A stretch of DNA of 58,900 nucleotides, filler included, from Sphacelaria rigidula (lineage: Eukaryota): the NCBI GenBank assembly GCA_964200075.2. It is 7 parts of 7 records of this genome, joined end to end, with 100 filler letters (N's around TTAATTAATTAA, not from the genome) between each part and the next. Parts side by side here need not be neighbours in the genome. Positions count along the whole stretch, not along the records: positions 16,859 to 25,187 come from CAXNAA020011507.1; positions 25,288 to 33,616 come from CAXNAA020011508.1; positions 33,717 to 42,045 come from CAXNAA020011509.1; 4 more parts are not named here. One strand, written 5' to 3'. Position 1 is the stretch's first letter; each line of letters starts with the position of its first letter. A program made the translations under genes and the position numbers. Under the pieces are notes generated by a model, which was not told where the DNA came from, searched no databases, and saw only the letters and a program-made list of their open reading frames with translations. This document shows positions 23,439 to 40,500 of the stretch, one piece after another.

Positions 23439-23983
23439 TTGTACGGTTCACCCGACCTCCTGCCCGAGCTACTGGTATTGTGTGGAGCCGACCTGCAACT
23501 ATGTTTATTCGTGAAAGTATTATGGGAGGGAGCGATTTCCGGTGACCTACTACGCAGTGTGTCACGGTGTATGATGTGTGGTCGACATTTCACGCGTAGG
23601 GAGTGCGTTGGCCACGTGTACTGCACCAGGTGTGGGGAAGAAAATCCCAATGCAGCACTTGAAGTAGAGTTTGACAGTTGAGAGATTCGGAAACCCAAAA
23701 TTGGCAGTATAGAGTCATAGTGGGAGGGGAAAAAATGGGGCTGTGCACTGCTTGTTTTGCCCCCGTTTGTTCTGCGACTGCGCAGTGCCAACACAAGCAC
23801 TCTACAGCCCCGTTTTTTCCCTTCCACTGTGACCCTATACTTCCACGCTTGGTTTGCCGTACGTGTCAAATATTTGCCGCGAAAATGTCGTCAGCAGGAG
23901 CTGCAGGAGACGAAGCGGTTGCGCTCCGCATACGCGTTGGTGAATCGTTTGCTTCCGGTGCACCTTGTCGCTGCTTGATTTAG
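23439..23983 (+). pseudogene. Cys-rich putative zinc-binding ORF, frameshifted at ~23680
   Basis: CMMC...CTRC | CTAC...C...C.H...HC...CRTC in two overlapping ORFs just 3' of the MULE transposase. Confidence 0.35.
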
Positions 23984-25187
23984 ATATTAATCGGCCGCTC
24001 TTGTCCGTCTCAGCTTTCCTTCACTCCTCGGTATGAAGTTCCGATCGGGGCTCAGTCGTCTCTTCTGCATAATGCGGCGGTGAAGACCATACGCATGTAC
24101 TTGTTTTTTGGTAAAAAAAATACACTCGCGTCGGCGTCTTCTCACGGTGCCGTCTTTTCGCCCACTATTGAGTATGTGTTGATATTGGCCAGCATATTCT
24201 CACGGTAGCGTCGGGAATATACTGTACATTTCGTTGGCAATCCATCGAAATAACCTCTACGATGCTCCATGAACATATCTCGGAAACACACAAGAACCTG
24301 ACAGATGAGTCTTGCAGAATTGGCGACAATACACTCTTTGACTGAAAGTGATGAAAGCAAAACGCCCAGGTATGGCGGACGAATCCCTTTGCACTGAAGA
24401 TAACATAATAAGAAAAGGTAAAGATGAAGTCAGAAGAGAAAAAGATTCGGGGCTCTCTGACATGGCTTAAACTGCAGGAGCTTGCGCACCCGGAACTTCG
24501 CTGAAGTCTTGGGAGGAAATGCGGTGGAATGGGATGGCCTATGTCGTTCATTGATTACGGAATTTCTGTTCCTCAACATCCGACTACCATGATGCACCTG
24601 CTCGCGTATTCGAGTGAAACAGCTGAATGTGGACACCTTTATGGCTTATCTCTCCCGGTCATGACTTGTCTTGCGTGGAAGACCTGAGGATAGAAATGTT
24701 AAAACCCCCTCGTCTCTCGTCTCAAAGACCGACGAAAATTGTGAGGGTACTACCTACAGAGTAGGCTGCACCCTGTAAAGTGTACACTTCTTCGGCTGAA
24801 AAGCACGGTGTGACGGTGCTATCAGGCCATAGTCCGACCCTCGCCAACACTTTGTGCTGGCAGCAGACTTGGCTGCGCGCTTTACGCGTCGGCTCCGTTT
24901 TGAAGTTTGTTACAACTCTCAAGTGTGCAAAGCTCTGCAGGCTGCTCAATGCCCAGGTATGTGGTCCTTATCGAGACGATACAGAATCCAGACAAACCAG
25001 GAAGGTAGACAAGGAGTTAGCTCGAGCATAGGGCATAGATTGATATCTGCTCAACAGACGTAGGTGTGCAAGTATTTCGCCGCATACGTTACACGCCAAC
25101 CGGCACATATTCTACCGACTGTAGTCTCCACACGTACAACATGGGTGATGCGTGAACACAGTGCTACTGTGCTTTGACCACGTGAAG

Positions 25188-25287
25188 NNNNNNNNNNNNN
25201 NNNNNNNNNNNNNNNNNNNNNNNNNNNNNNNTTAATTAATTAANNNNNNNNNNNNNNNNNNNNNNNNNNNNNNNNNNNNNNNNNNNN
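25188..25287. other. Artificial scaffold-joining linker
   Basis: 44N-TTAATTAATTAA-44N. Confidence 0.99.
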
Positions 25288-25485
25288 TTTTCGTACCTTT
25301 CTTGGGCAAAAAACGAAAAGGTATACCTTTTCTAGGCCATTTTCCAAAAATCAATAAGGCGAGCACTCGAGTCACTGCTCGTTGTGGGAAAATATCCATA
25401 GGACGAGCACTCGAGTCATCGCTTGTCATGGAGAAAAAACAAGAGGGCGAGTACTCGAGGCATTCTTCGTTGTAGAAAAAATTAA

Positions 25486-26440
25486 CCCCTTTGGGACCGG
25501 GTCTTCAAAACGACCAGTGAGGCTGGTCAGGAATAAGGTGTCTGGCGTCTGCACGAAACAATGGCATTTTGCTGAGGGTCCGCGTATGCAACGGCAGGGT
25601 TATGACGAAGTCGAAAGTTTCATCCAACATATTTTCAGGTGCAGGGTGCGCATTACATGATGAACATCTGATGTAGTGAGCAGTAGTATTTGTTGCCGTA
25701 CAATGAAGAACTTTCAACAGAATGCGGCGCCCGGCGGGCCGTCCGCCACTTGTGGCTTTGGATGATATTATTGTCTGCATCACCTTTCCACAAAGCCCTT
25801 TGTGGGTGGGATGCACCGCCATTTCCCTCCTTGTTGCAAGCGGCACAACACCTTGGAAGGATATGGGCGTTACGGTGCACATACATACAACAGTACAAAA
25901 CAGTGCAGGACGCCTCCCCGAATGCAGCAGCAGCTGCCGGTGCATACTCCCTTGCGCGTTCAGGGCAAGTCTCAGCGACGGAAATCAGCTGCCTATACAC
26001 AGCTTGTTCATCCCCGTACACAACATACATGTTCATAGTGTTCTGCTAGTCATCGGCAAAGGGATGAGCAGAATTCATGACGGTAGCTCCTTTTGTATTT
26101 CAACGGCTCACCTGGGTTTAGTGCCTCGTGAAGGTGACCACATTGTGGCATGTACACTCCTTCATACCCTGGACAACGGAATACACGGTCGAAAACTGTA
26201 CCGCGCACAGTATGGAATCTATTGTCTATTGCAACAGACAATAGATTCCATGCTGTGCGCAGTACAGTTTTCGACCGTGTATTCTATTGTCCAGGGTGTG
26301 CACTCCTTCCCGGTTTTTTCCACTCCACCCCGTCTTGGTGTAATTACTACGTTTTAGTGTAGGTTGGCGACCCAAAAAATTCCTGTGGAATCCCAGCAAC
26401 GCTATACTGAATGCAAGTAATACGATAAGGCATGCTCCGA
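25486..26440 (+). mobile_element. piggyBac-type non-autonomous element, copy 1 (right end missing)
   Basis: TTAA|CCCCTTTGGGACCGG start. Collinear with 32785-33515 and 46102-47106. Interrupts a CGAGCACTCGAG repeat (~25360, 25405, 25448, resuming ~26550). Confidence 0.8.
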
Positions 26441-26949
26441 GAACATGGCGTTACTGACCTGAGAAGACTTCATACGTCGGACCAGCATGAGTGTGACTCG
26501 TCGCACTCGCATTGGTTGGGCTGCTCGTTGGCCGTGAAAATTTAAAGGGCGAGCACTCGAGTTATGTGTTTTGGAAAAACACCCACGAGTGCACTTGTCT
26601 AAACGAGTAATGACTCGTCCGACTGGTGGAAATTTGGTACGAAGAACCGTTACGAGCTGGGCCAGCCGAGAAGCAATTTTGTAGTGTGCAGGCCCATTAC
26701 ACGGCCAATATTTAGAGTTGGACAAAACGAAAAAAATTACGAGTGGTCACGAGTTTTGTTTTTTCCATGAGTTGAAGGCATTTTACCGATATCTGGAAAC
26801 TGATCGTTGCCCTCAACTCATGGGAAAAACAGAAAAAAAAAACCCTTGTGTGCACTAGTAAGTTTTTTTTATTATGCCCTATTCATGTCCATACCACATT
26901 TCAGGGTCCACCTCTAAGGATCGGCCGTATAACGGGGCGAATAGTAACG

Positions 26950-28242
26950 GGGTCAGAAGAAATTCGGAACAGTATTTTGCAGACCACTTACCTGCCCACC
27001 CTTGGTGTTTATGTATTGAAACTTTGTGTGGGCCGTGGCTAGGGAATAATTTACGAAACAAAGGGGGACAGGGTGATTTTTTCTCATTTTTTCATTGTTT
27101 TGGGGCATGCAAGTATGGAAACTGCCATTGTTTTGCGAGAACGACTGAACCTCTCCCCCCTCAAAAAAAAACTGAGGGCCCCTTATTTTTTCCTCTAGCA
27201 TACTCGAACCTCTGGTTCTTCATCCTGAGTTTCAAATTACAATTCTGAAACTTGAGCTGAAAAATTGAGATGACGCTCAGGAAGCAGTGTGTTCATTTCT
27301 CCTCAAAACTGCCCCAAAAACCCAATAAAAAAAAAAAAAGACGAAAAAATTGAAGAGCTGTGAAGACGAGCTCTATCATGCACTCCTAGCGGTTCTCCAC
27401 ACGAAATTTTATTGCATAACTCTCAAAAACTGAGACGCGATATCCAGGTCTGGCCAATATAGCGCATCTGCTCGTAATATACTGATTTTAGTATAGAAAA
27501 TTATGTGTGCCATATTTCGAGATGAGTTACGAATTAGGTGAAGGTGAGGGTATCTGTCGTCTGCCGGTGCTCCAGGGAATGTCCACACCGAAATTCGTCG
27601 TCTTCCGCCGAATGCATCGATCGGGTGTTTAATAGATATTTTAGTATGGACGCTATCTCCCTTCGATGATGGAATTACTAGACATGGGTTTCAATCAACG
27701 ACATAATATGGGCCCAAATTTTTCAACAGATGGGCACCTTCCCCTTGGTTCAACGAGTACTATAATATGCGGATCATGGCCCAACTCGTCCGTGTCGACG
27801 AGATATTGCTTTGAGAGCTTTAATCCGTGTCGATGCTGGCCCAGCTCGTGGTGCATTATAAAATAGAGAACAGCTTCTGCTTTTTTTCTCGTGTTTTTAG
27901 TGGGGTTTCGAGGATAAAATAACTTTGCTCTTGGGCCTCATCTTCATGTTTACGCTCAATTTTCATAGTTTTGGTTTAAAAGTTGGCGTAATGAACGACA
28001 GAGGTACGCTGAAAAATAATTGGACCTTCATTTTTTTGGGAGAGATTCGGGCGTTCACGTAAAAAGTTGGTCGTAACCATGCTAAAACGCCGTAAACCAG
28101 CGAAAAAAAATCAAAACCAACCTAATCCACTTTTCTTGGTTCATCATGACCTAGCGAGGTCCCGCACGAAGGTTAAATACACAAACACCAAACGTGGGCC
28201 GATTAACGGCCTGCAGAATATTGTTCTGAATTTCGGCCTGCC
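26950..28242. mobile_element. Large diverged foldback element
   Basis: 26950-27360 is mirrored at 27870-28242. The opposite-strand translations EIRNSILQT..PTLGVYV and EIQNNILQA..PTFGVCV show the symmetry. Confidence 0.8.
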
Positions 28243-28276
28243 CGGTTTTGATTGGGCGAATTCGAAATGTTTTTCC

Positions 28277-28500
28277 TAGAGTTGGACAGAGAAATTTGGT
28301 ACGGACAGTGAACATGGCATGAAGAAAAGCTGTCTGTTGGGTCCCATAGTTTTTCCGTTTTTTATATGAGTGACGGGCAATGAGTAGTTTCGAGGTTGTA
28401 GTAAAATGCCCTCGACTTACCAAGAGAATTCGGGACCCCACGGAAAGCCTTTCTTCATGCCCTGTTTATTGTCCATACCAAATTTCGCTGTCCATCTTTG
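28277..28500. mobile_element. MITE with ~70-bp TIRs
   Basis: TGGACAG.GAAATTTGGTA.GGACA...GGCATGAAGAAA...GGGTCCC appears at both ends in inverted orientation. Confidence 0.85.
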
Positions 28501-28671
28501 AGTAGAAAATTGCGAATTCGCCTGCAAGTTACAAATCTGCTTCTAGGCTGGCCCAACCTGTACGTGCAAATAATCATGTATTCCGTGAAGTAATGGTATG
28601 GTTGATGACGGGCGGGTGTGCTCGTATCCTCCACATTGAACCATCATGGTGAAAAGAGGAAATACAACGGA

Positions 28672-28702
<31 letters not shown>

Positions 28703-28867
28703 ACTTCCTGAGCGGCGCCCCGCCCTCTCCCCAAACCACCCGGCGCNNNNNNNNNNTGTTGTGTGACGGGCGGGTGTTCTCTTTTCCCCCCCCTTGAACC
28801 CTCTTTGGTAAAAAAGGTAATAAAAAGGTTCCCCCCCCCCCCCCCCAACACCGCCCTTGGTGACTGA

Positions 28868-31680
<2,813 letters not shown>

Positions 31681-32784
31681 ACCTTTGAATTTTGGGGTCT
31701 TGGTGGTGGCTAAACTGCGATCAAGAGTGTTGGTTTCGGAACGAGGAAGCTGAGGAGTCGAATGGGGGAGGGGGGGGGGGGGGGGGGGGGGGGTTGCCCG
31801 CCCCATAGTTTCCGCTTTGCCCTTTATTTTGTAGGGTACGCCTTTGCTCACGCTGTCGTGGTCAAAGGATGNNNNNNNNNNAGGGGGCAGGAGTGGGGGA
31901 GGGAGGGCTGGAGGCGGGTGCTCTGCCGGGGGCCGGGGTGGGAGTGACCAGCGGGATGGGCTTGCCCGCCCCATAGTTTCCGCTTGTCTCGTTATCTTGT
32001 AGTGTACGCCTTTGCTCACGCTGTCGTGATCAAATGATGGATGTTTCTTTCGGGCGGGCCTGCTACGCTTTCCGATCCAATTGTGTGGAACAGGGAGTGG
32101 TCAGTCATGCGGCGGAGGAAGCCATGAATTTTACTCATATTCAACATTAGATTCGACTATCGCAGCTGTTGATTCTTATCGGTTCGCGGCCGGCGGGGGA
32201 CCCAAAACCATGTCTGCGTCAAGTCGTGGGGAGGATTTTGGCCTGACATGTTCTTGTGCAACACGTGGTAGGATGGTCGATGATTGGTCCGATGGATCGG
32301 CTGCTCTGTTTCATGAGTTGAGAGACATGTTCAAGTCGTATTCTGAAGTCCGAAATGTGAAAAGTGTGTCGACCTTACACACGTTTATTTCGCCACCGCT
32401 AATCGGTGTGTACTTGATGCACGGGTTTGCTGTTGATGGTGACTGATATTTTAGCAGGGGAAAACCACTTACTTGAGCCTCATCCACACTCATCTATCCC
32501 TTTTAAAGCCAGTAGTCGACCTAAAGCCAAGAGTTGAAGATCGTTTTGTGCTCTCATCTGCACAGTCAGTCCCTTGCGTCGCCCAAGTTTGCTCAGGCCG
32601 AGCACAACGTGAGAGCTTTTCGAAGTAGTCAACGACTGTGTTTCATTCTTATGACTGAAGCTTTTTGCGGACACATTGTCACAGTCACTCGAAGATCCCC
32701 GAGCTCTCTTCAATAACACCCTCCTCATGACCGTGGTACCTCTACCGTTGTCTCCCGATAACACGAAGTAAGCGCCCTTCTCCA

Positions 32785-33515
32785 CCCTTTTGGGACAGGG
32801 GACCGGGCCATCAAAATGACCAGTGAGGTTGGGGATATGTGTGGCTTATGCACGAAACAGAGCGAAACCGAAAGTTTCATCCATTCTATTTCCGGGTGCA
32901 GCGCGCACATGAGGTCATTTACATTCGATGTAGCAAGCAGTATGGCTCGCGGTCAAGAGCATCCAACAGGATGCGGCGACCGGCGGACCGCCCACCAGTT
33001 GTGGCTTTGAATGATACCTTTGTCCTCATCAACTTGCCACACAGCCCTGCCTGAGCGAGGTGGGCCCCCATTTTCGCCCTCGTTGCATGAAACAAATTTT
33101 CTTGAATGGATGTCAGCGTTGGGGCGCATGTACACAACAGTAAAGTGCAGTACAAAGCGTTACGCCTCCCCGACTGAAGCAGCAGCTGCTGCTGCGTACC
33201 CCCTTGCACGTTCTGGGCAGTTCTCAGCTACCGAGATCCACTGCCTAAATACCGCTTCTTCATCCCCGCCCACTACTTACATGTGGTCCGCCGACTGCAA
33301 GTTATCTGCAGGGTGATGGCAAAATTCATGACATGAGTTCCTTTTGTCTTCCCAAGACCCACCTGGGTTTGGTGCCTCGTGAAAATCATCATACTGTAGC
33401 ATGTACATTCCTTCCTAGTTTTTCCGTTCGCCCGTGTTGGTGCAATTACTATGAAATTGTGACGCAATAAAACCACTGAAAAACTCGGGACCGCTTTACT
33501 GAGGGCAAGTAATAG
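32785..33515 (+). mobile_element. piggyBac-type non-autonomous element, copy 2 (partial)
   Basis: Collinear homology with 25486-26440 and 46102-46860. Confidence 0.75.
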
Positions 33516-33616
33516 TGTGTTTTTCACTCTGGATCTATTTTATTTTAGGGCAATGGCCTAGAAAAGGTATACCTTCTCGTTTTTTGTCTAAGAAAGGTAC
33601 GAAAAATGGCCAGAAA

Positions 33617-33716
33617 NNNNNNNNNNNNNNNNNNNNNNNNNNNNNNNNNNNNNNNNNNNNTTAATTAATTAANNNNNNNNNNNNNNNNNNNNNNNNNNNN
33701 NNNNNNNNNNNNNNNN
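33617..33716. other. Artificial scaffold-joining linker
   Basis: 44N-TTAATTAATTAA-44N. Confidence 0.99.
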
Positions 33717-34434
33717 ACGGTCAGTCCAAAGGCCCGAAAATCGTCCACTATGATGGTAGACAATACATGGGTTGTACTGCCGCATTCAACGACAGTACAG
33801 TAGGATGGAAATATTAGTTTGCCAGTACAGTAGTACAACGGCTGCATCGAATATGATGTGGGCAACGTGCAGTACAGACAGAACTAACCAGCACAATACT
33901 GCCTGCTCTGCCTGCCGCATACGGCAGTATACATGCGCACATGTCAGGTTGGAAACGGCAATATACAACGGCTGCACTAAAACTGATGTGAAGGAGTGCA
34001 GTACAGACAGTACTATTGTAGGCAGTACAGTACAATACTTTCGTCTGTACTGCCGCACACGGAATATGGCAGTATAGATTGAAGATGTCAATTTGCAGTT
34101 TGCACACAGTGCGGGCTGGGCCAGCAGCGATCGGGCGAGGTCTATGTTTCATGTTTCGCGTCTTCTTACACAAACACAGGGAGCTTGGCATGGCGAAGTC
34201 TTTAGGTCCTTGTACCTCGCCTTGGCCTGCACATCCCTTTGAATTCCGCTGACCGTCCTTTTGATATCTCCCCACTCTTTCGGTACCCACCCCCCTCAAA
34301 AATATAGGCCCAAGGCTTAGTTGGTGGGGCCTTGGGCTATATACGTACGGTAATCCTATCTCTTGTTGCGACCAGCATTCTGATCAACGTACCTGTTTTG
34401 CGTCGAGGCATACTCCTTATGGACGCGACATACA

Positions 34435-34770
34435 GCATGGTGGTACAAGCCCCGGACTCCTACAGTACTGCACGGCGAGGTCCTGTTCCCCGGGTGCATG
34501 GCCGGGTGGGGTGCCGGCGCCTTGCCGGCCAATCCGTGCTCTTGCTGTGCTGCAGTTATAAATCGGCATTTTGTTCAACGCACATCTTGCGCATTGAGGC
34601 ATGCACCTTGCGTATGCGAAATAAGGCATGGTGGTACAAGTAACGTACTAGGCTACTTATACAGTACTGCACGGTGACGTGCTGCCTGTTCCCTGGGTAC
34701 GGCCGGGCGGGCGTCGGTGCCTTGCGGGCCGACCCGTGCTACTGGCCTTCTGTCGTACAGCTATAGATCG
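34435..34770. repeat. Diverged direct duplication, 191-bp period
   Basis: GCATGGTGGTACAAG...TACAGTACTGCACGG...CCTGTTCCC at 34435 and 34626. Confidence 0.8.
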
Positions 34771-37561
34771 CGTGCTGCCAATTTATCTTGATGCATGACC
34801 ATACCTCAATACTTTCCACAGTAGTTCTTGCATATATGAGTACCATTGTAACACGTTTCCCTCGATGGCAACACTCGATGACAGGCGCTTGCTCCAGCCG
34901 ATCCACCCTCGCTTGGATATTGTCAACTTACAATCAGCACCATCTTCCGCACTTGAAACTTTGAACGTAGTTTATTATTTTCCATTTGCATCATAACTTA
35001 CGATCATATTCCAATATATATATCGGTAGTCTGTACATAGTGTAATAACTGCGTCAAAACGCCGAAGGCGCTTCAGTCGGCTCACAACTTGTACAGAGGG
35101 TGAAGTACAGTGGGGGCAGCGGGAGATTTGGAGTTTCCATCGTGTAGATCTCTGGGATTACGACAAACTTCAACACGGGGTGAGATGCGAGGATGTAAAC
35201 CACGTAGATCGGTTGATTATAATGTTATCGGCGAACTTTGTTTCACTTATTTGCTTTCCGGTGTCGCCGTTTGGCCTATACCGAGTCAAGGTGGACAAGC
35301 GGACGGGGTTAGACGGGGAGGAGTTGTCTCGTTAAGAAGCACTTCGCTGTGCTCCCTCCTTTTTATTTTTTCCTGCCTGAACTGGCGTTTCATTTTCAAG
35401 GTACCGAGGTGCACATGCTGGTTGATCCTTGTTTTGAATTGAGTGTCTTCTCCACTCCCTGTGAGGCTGGCGGCGTACACGTATGTGGGAATTTCGGGCC
35501 TATTCTTGTACTTGCTCTTCTATGCAGTACAACACTGTTTGTACTCCGAGAAGGTTTTATTGTTGTCCAGCTGCGAGGGAGCACGCAGTACACACAGTAC
35601 GTGCGCGAACAACATATATACACAAGCCTGGAAGCCAGTAATTGCGCGACTCACATCCGTTTTCACGCCTGGGCCGAGGTTGTAGCGTGTAGCATAAGCT
35701 TTGTAATTTCTATTTTTGATGTGCAGATGAACCTACTTTGAGCTATAGTCGTTTCCCGCAGGCCGGTCGGTCTCCTCTTGGCCGTTCACGAGTACAGAAG
35801 AGTCGACGGGGAATACCCGCCCGCGAGTTGCAACAACTCTGATCTCAGTTTTCTGAATGTCTCGACTTGGACCTATAATCAAGGCTGTAGTTATCCTCGG
35901 AGTTGTCCGACTCCCTTTCAAGCTGCTGTGATGGTCTGGGCTGAGGTTTTTCTCATTGCGTACTGTCACAGTTGTAGTGTTTTCAGAAAATCAGATGAGA
36001 ATTCCCGACCAAAGCTTGTCGCCCGGTGAGAATGGACATGACACACCCAATCAACTGGTGAGCCTCACTTCATTAACGGACCTGTAACTTCTTATCGCTC
36101 AGCAGGCCAAAGTAAAGAACGCCCGCGCTGCTCGCCCCAACGTCAGGGGATACTGGAAGTTTTGTCGATGAATCGGACCTTTTTTTCGGGCTCGGAAAAA
36201 ATAACCGCGGGTCGGACAAACCCGAATCCAGAGTTCGAGCCCTCTACAGCGTGCCCGGTCCGCAAAGCTGTGGGAGTAAGCTTGGAACAGAAGTAGACCA
36301 TCCGTTTGTTTATCTTGTCATATACTTTTCATTTGCGCCACGATTCCATCGCCCGGCACGCGTGGTTGGCGCGTCAAGCCGGCTCCACAGCAGGAGTACG
36401 TTTGTATTGAAAATAAACAGAAAATGGAAGATGACCGAGGAAAGCCGACACTCCATTATCTTTGGTTTTGTAGACCTTGTGATGCGTCGATTGACAACAC
36501 GAGCCAGGTATCGGTTGAGAGCTGCACGCAAAAGCTTCTCGGCGATGCCCGTATGATGTCTAACCTCGTTGTTGCCGCGGGATATACTGCGAAAACTCTC
36601 ATTTTATTTGTTCGGAGGTCAGTCTTTGCGCGGGTTTGAGCCCTTAACCCAAAAGTTACAGATGCACATGTCTGCGGCGGAAAGCCCTTGAAAAGAGCTT
36701 TTGTTTCATACTTGTACATGGCTTGATGCCTGGGGCGTCGAATCGCGATAAACTGAATCAGAGTGTGCCTCGGGAGTCAACTGATTTCCTCCATTTGTGG
36801 CGGCACTTGTACAACCGAGGATCGGTGCAGCCGAGACCGTGCTGCACAAAGTATCGCCAATCTGACCTTACCGGGACAAATATATCCTGTTCTCGATCAT
36901 TTGTTGATGTGTCTACTGTGTCGCATGCCCTGTGCTCGTCCCTAGGTTGTGATATTGCAAAAACCCCAAGCCGTTTTGCCGAGGAATGTTGAGCGCTTGT
37001 AACATTCATTTGTAGTTTCAATCCATGTCACAGGGTGCAGTGGCCGGTCTCCGTCCTCCCGCAGTTATCGCACCAGGGCTGTTGTCTCGATATAACGCCA
37101 ACCAGTACTTGCCTGATTCTTCTTGAAGTAGGCTTTGTCGCTGCCAGTCACCCGGAGATCGACACCCAAAACTGCATTATTGTAGACCCCTGGGCATACC
37201 GCAAATCCTTAGTGAAACTCAAGCTACTTGTCCGACATTTCGTGCTCGGTGATCCTAATGCGTAGACATGATGGAGTTGATCGAGCACATCATCAGTGCG
37301 CTCCTTCTATTTGACATCCCCGGTCCGTGGGATACGCCTTGGTTGCTGTTTGCGAGACTATGCGCACTCAACTTCTTCCCCACCGCCCCCCCCACGCCTC
37401 GCTTGCACTGGGCGCACGGTTTGTATTTTCTTCCTCAAGCGGCACTCGGCTACGGAGGTCGCGATAGAAGAAGTCGCCCCCGTTCCCTCAGCGTTTTTGT
37501 GTAGAACGTCGTCTTCACTGGAACAGCGAGTATAAGAGAAAAAAAGGCAAACAAAGACGAA

Positions 37562-40500
37562 ATGGGCTCCGGACGAAGAAGCAGGAGCAGGTCGAAAGAC
37601 CGAAACCACAAGAAGTCAACGGACAAAACGTCGTCCTCCAAGGCATCCAACGGCCCTTCATCCAAACGAGACAGATCTCGAGAAGAAGCTAGCAGGGACA
37701 GTCGAGCCCCGGTGTCGAGCAGCTCAGGCACCCGCGACGACAACAAACACAATAGAGACTCGGAAGGCAGGGGCGGTCGGGATTGCAGCGGAGGAGGGGA
37801 CCGAGAGAGCTCTAGCTCGAGAGCTCGGGAACACGGAAGTCGTAAGAGCAGTAGATCGCGGTCTCGAGAGAGGGATAGGGATAGGAAGAAAGACCACAGA
37901 GAGCGTGCTGGCCGCAAGGGTGAATCGTCATCCTCCAGCCGAAGAGTGGACGACAAAGATCGGGATCATAGAAATCGATATCATCACGATCGCGACAGCG
38001 GGGGCAGAAAAGACCGGAAAGATCGGGATCGGGATCGGGATAGAGAGCGTAGGGGGGAGAGGGACAGGAAGAGGTCCAGGGGTAGTGGGGGCAACGGTAG
38101 CCGGCATGGTAGGAGAGGGAAATACGACAGTGATAGCGATGATGGCGGTGGTCGGGGGGGCAACCCAGACGATAAGTGGAAGCAGAAGCTGCGGAACGAG
38201 GACGAACAGCTCTTGAATATCGATCCCGATGAGCTGATGCTGGATGAAGAAGAGGAGGAACGGCGTCTAGAAGAGGTACATAGCTCTAAATCTAGCTACC
38301 ACAAAGTGCAACAGGTCCATAAATTTTTCAGTGCCGTAGCCAAGAAGAGGTAGCGTACGCCTCGAAGATTCACCATGGTCTAAAATATTCGTAATATTTT
38401 CCCTGCATCCGTTCCGGTAACTATCCTCAGGAACGGCGAAGGAGAAAAGAAAAGCTGGAGGCGTTACAGCGAAAATCCATGGAAGCAGAGAAGGCCAAAA
38501 AAGCGGCCGAAGCAGCCGGTGCTTCTGGAACGACCGTCGGCGGTGAAACGGCGGCAGCCGAGGAAGCGGGTGACCAATCAGCGAGCGGAAACGACGGCAG
38601 AATCACCACCGGACCAGGAGAGAACTCCAGTATGGCTACCAACGGCAACAACATGGAAGGCGACGATTCAGCAGACGATGATGCCGGCCCCATCGAAATC
38701 ACGAAGCAAGGATCAGACCGTCCGTTGACGACCAACGGGACAGGTAACGGCCAGGACGAGGAAGAGGATGACGATTTGTCCGGAGCGCAAAACGACGCTC
38801 TCGCGGCCATCCCCGGAGCGGGGCGACCCCGAAAACCCGCTGAGAGTGGAGCAGTAAATGAAGGGAAGGGTAAGGACGCGGGGGAGTCATCGAGTGAGGT
38901 TCGGGCGAAGCAGGGAAAGGAGGATCGGCCGGTCTTTGATATGTTCTCGGCTGTCTCGTTGACGGCCGGTGACGGTGTGGCTGGTCCCAAGATTGGAGTA
39001 AAAGGGCCGGGGGGACACGACATGTCGTATCTTGGAGATGATGCTGGTGGCGATCAGGTGAGTACGTGAGAGCTGAATGCGTTGACAGCCACGAGGGATG
39101 ATAATATGTTATATGTTGGAGAGGTATCATTTTCACATGAAGAATGAATCTCTTTAAAATATCTATTATAGATGACCCACCCTGACGGCCATGGGGTTAT
39201 CAGTAGTGTTGAACGATGTGTAACGCAGGGTTATGCACTGGTCACAAGAGAAAAACGGAACACTGTGGTACTCACAGTAGTGGCCGCTATTTTCTTGTCA
39301 TGTAGTGATGGTATGCAAGCTTGCGAGGGGAATCCTTCAGGTAACGATAAGACGCAGTAGTTGCACAGCACGCCACTCTGGGGTACAGTACGCGCTGTCG
39401 GTGAGCAGTAGGCTCATGGCGTGTGTGACTACTACACCCGCGATGCGATCGCGCTAGATGTGGCGCGAGCAGGAACGCGCAGATTTTCCCAAATTCCCCC
39501 GTTCCTGTCCCTTCTCATCCCTTAGTTTGACCATTTTCCCACCGAGAACGGGTCATATCTTGAATCGCTGTCATCTTCACCTGGAAAATGAATGTTGGAT
39601 CCAGATGACCCACCTCTGCGATCAAAAGTTTAAATTCGCTTTTGTTGCTCCAAAGTCGTCATCTAGGAACACATGAAAAATCGAGTGTCGATTCCTGAGC
39701 ATACAGCAACTTCTACCCAACCCACTCGAAGCTTCATGTTTGGGCTGTGTTGATATCCGCACGCTCAGTTCACGCAGGGCCTTGATCTCAATCACAGCTG
39801 CTGGTCGTATTTTGAATAATTCACGTTGAATCATGGTGCTGCGAGTTAGTCACCCCTCTCACCATATACTCCAAGCTTGGACAGGAAAAGGTATAATAGT
39901 GACAATTAGAGGATGTGAGGTCAATTGGGTGAGTCCCTTCAGCTTCCAGCTCAACACATGCACACATGGCTTACTCAAACAGACGCGTCTGTCAGTTTTC
40001 TGAGTAGCCATTAGCTTCTCAACTCCACTGCACTTTCACGAGAACGTCCGATCTATGTGTACATTGCCGTCTAATCCCAGCACCATAAACTACTCTCGTG
40101 CGTGTCCGTATTTTACACACCTGAAGCACTGTTGATGTGAACAGTTTCAACCCTTGAGATGGGACACCAATTTAACCGCCGAGGTTTGAACCGAGAAACG
40201 TCCAACAGACTAGTTGTATCTCTGGATCTGTATCATGTACCCTATCGAATCCATCAAGTATGTGCCGATTTGTGCTGGAGGTCCCTGATATCTGAGGCAC
40301 ACCTTGGCTATTAATGGTGGTGTGTGTACGTGGAGGCGGTCTGGATTGACATGGTGACGGGGCTACACTGAGTACTTCCCTGTAGTGACGAAAAATATAT
40401 ATTGTCGTTACTCAGGGGTCCCAAATTGATTCATACCTGAGCGCACCGCAACTATACTGTACTCGTGATTTGTTTATGTTACGGTTACTTGTCTGCACAT

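Noticed and set aside
28600-28860. Local duplication around the 10-N gap
   Set aside because: A noisy second copy next to a poly(C) run and a gap, typical of homopolymer-induced read error.
31764-32040. Tandem duplication downstream of CDC48
   Set aside because: The same segment appears on both sides of a 10-N gap after a poly(G) run, so it is likely an assembly overlap artefact.
39622-39834. RT remnant (HVFLDDD) in the PRP4K intron
   Set aside because: A single short motif with no supporting RT blocks recognised.
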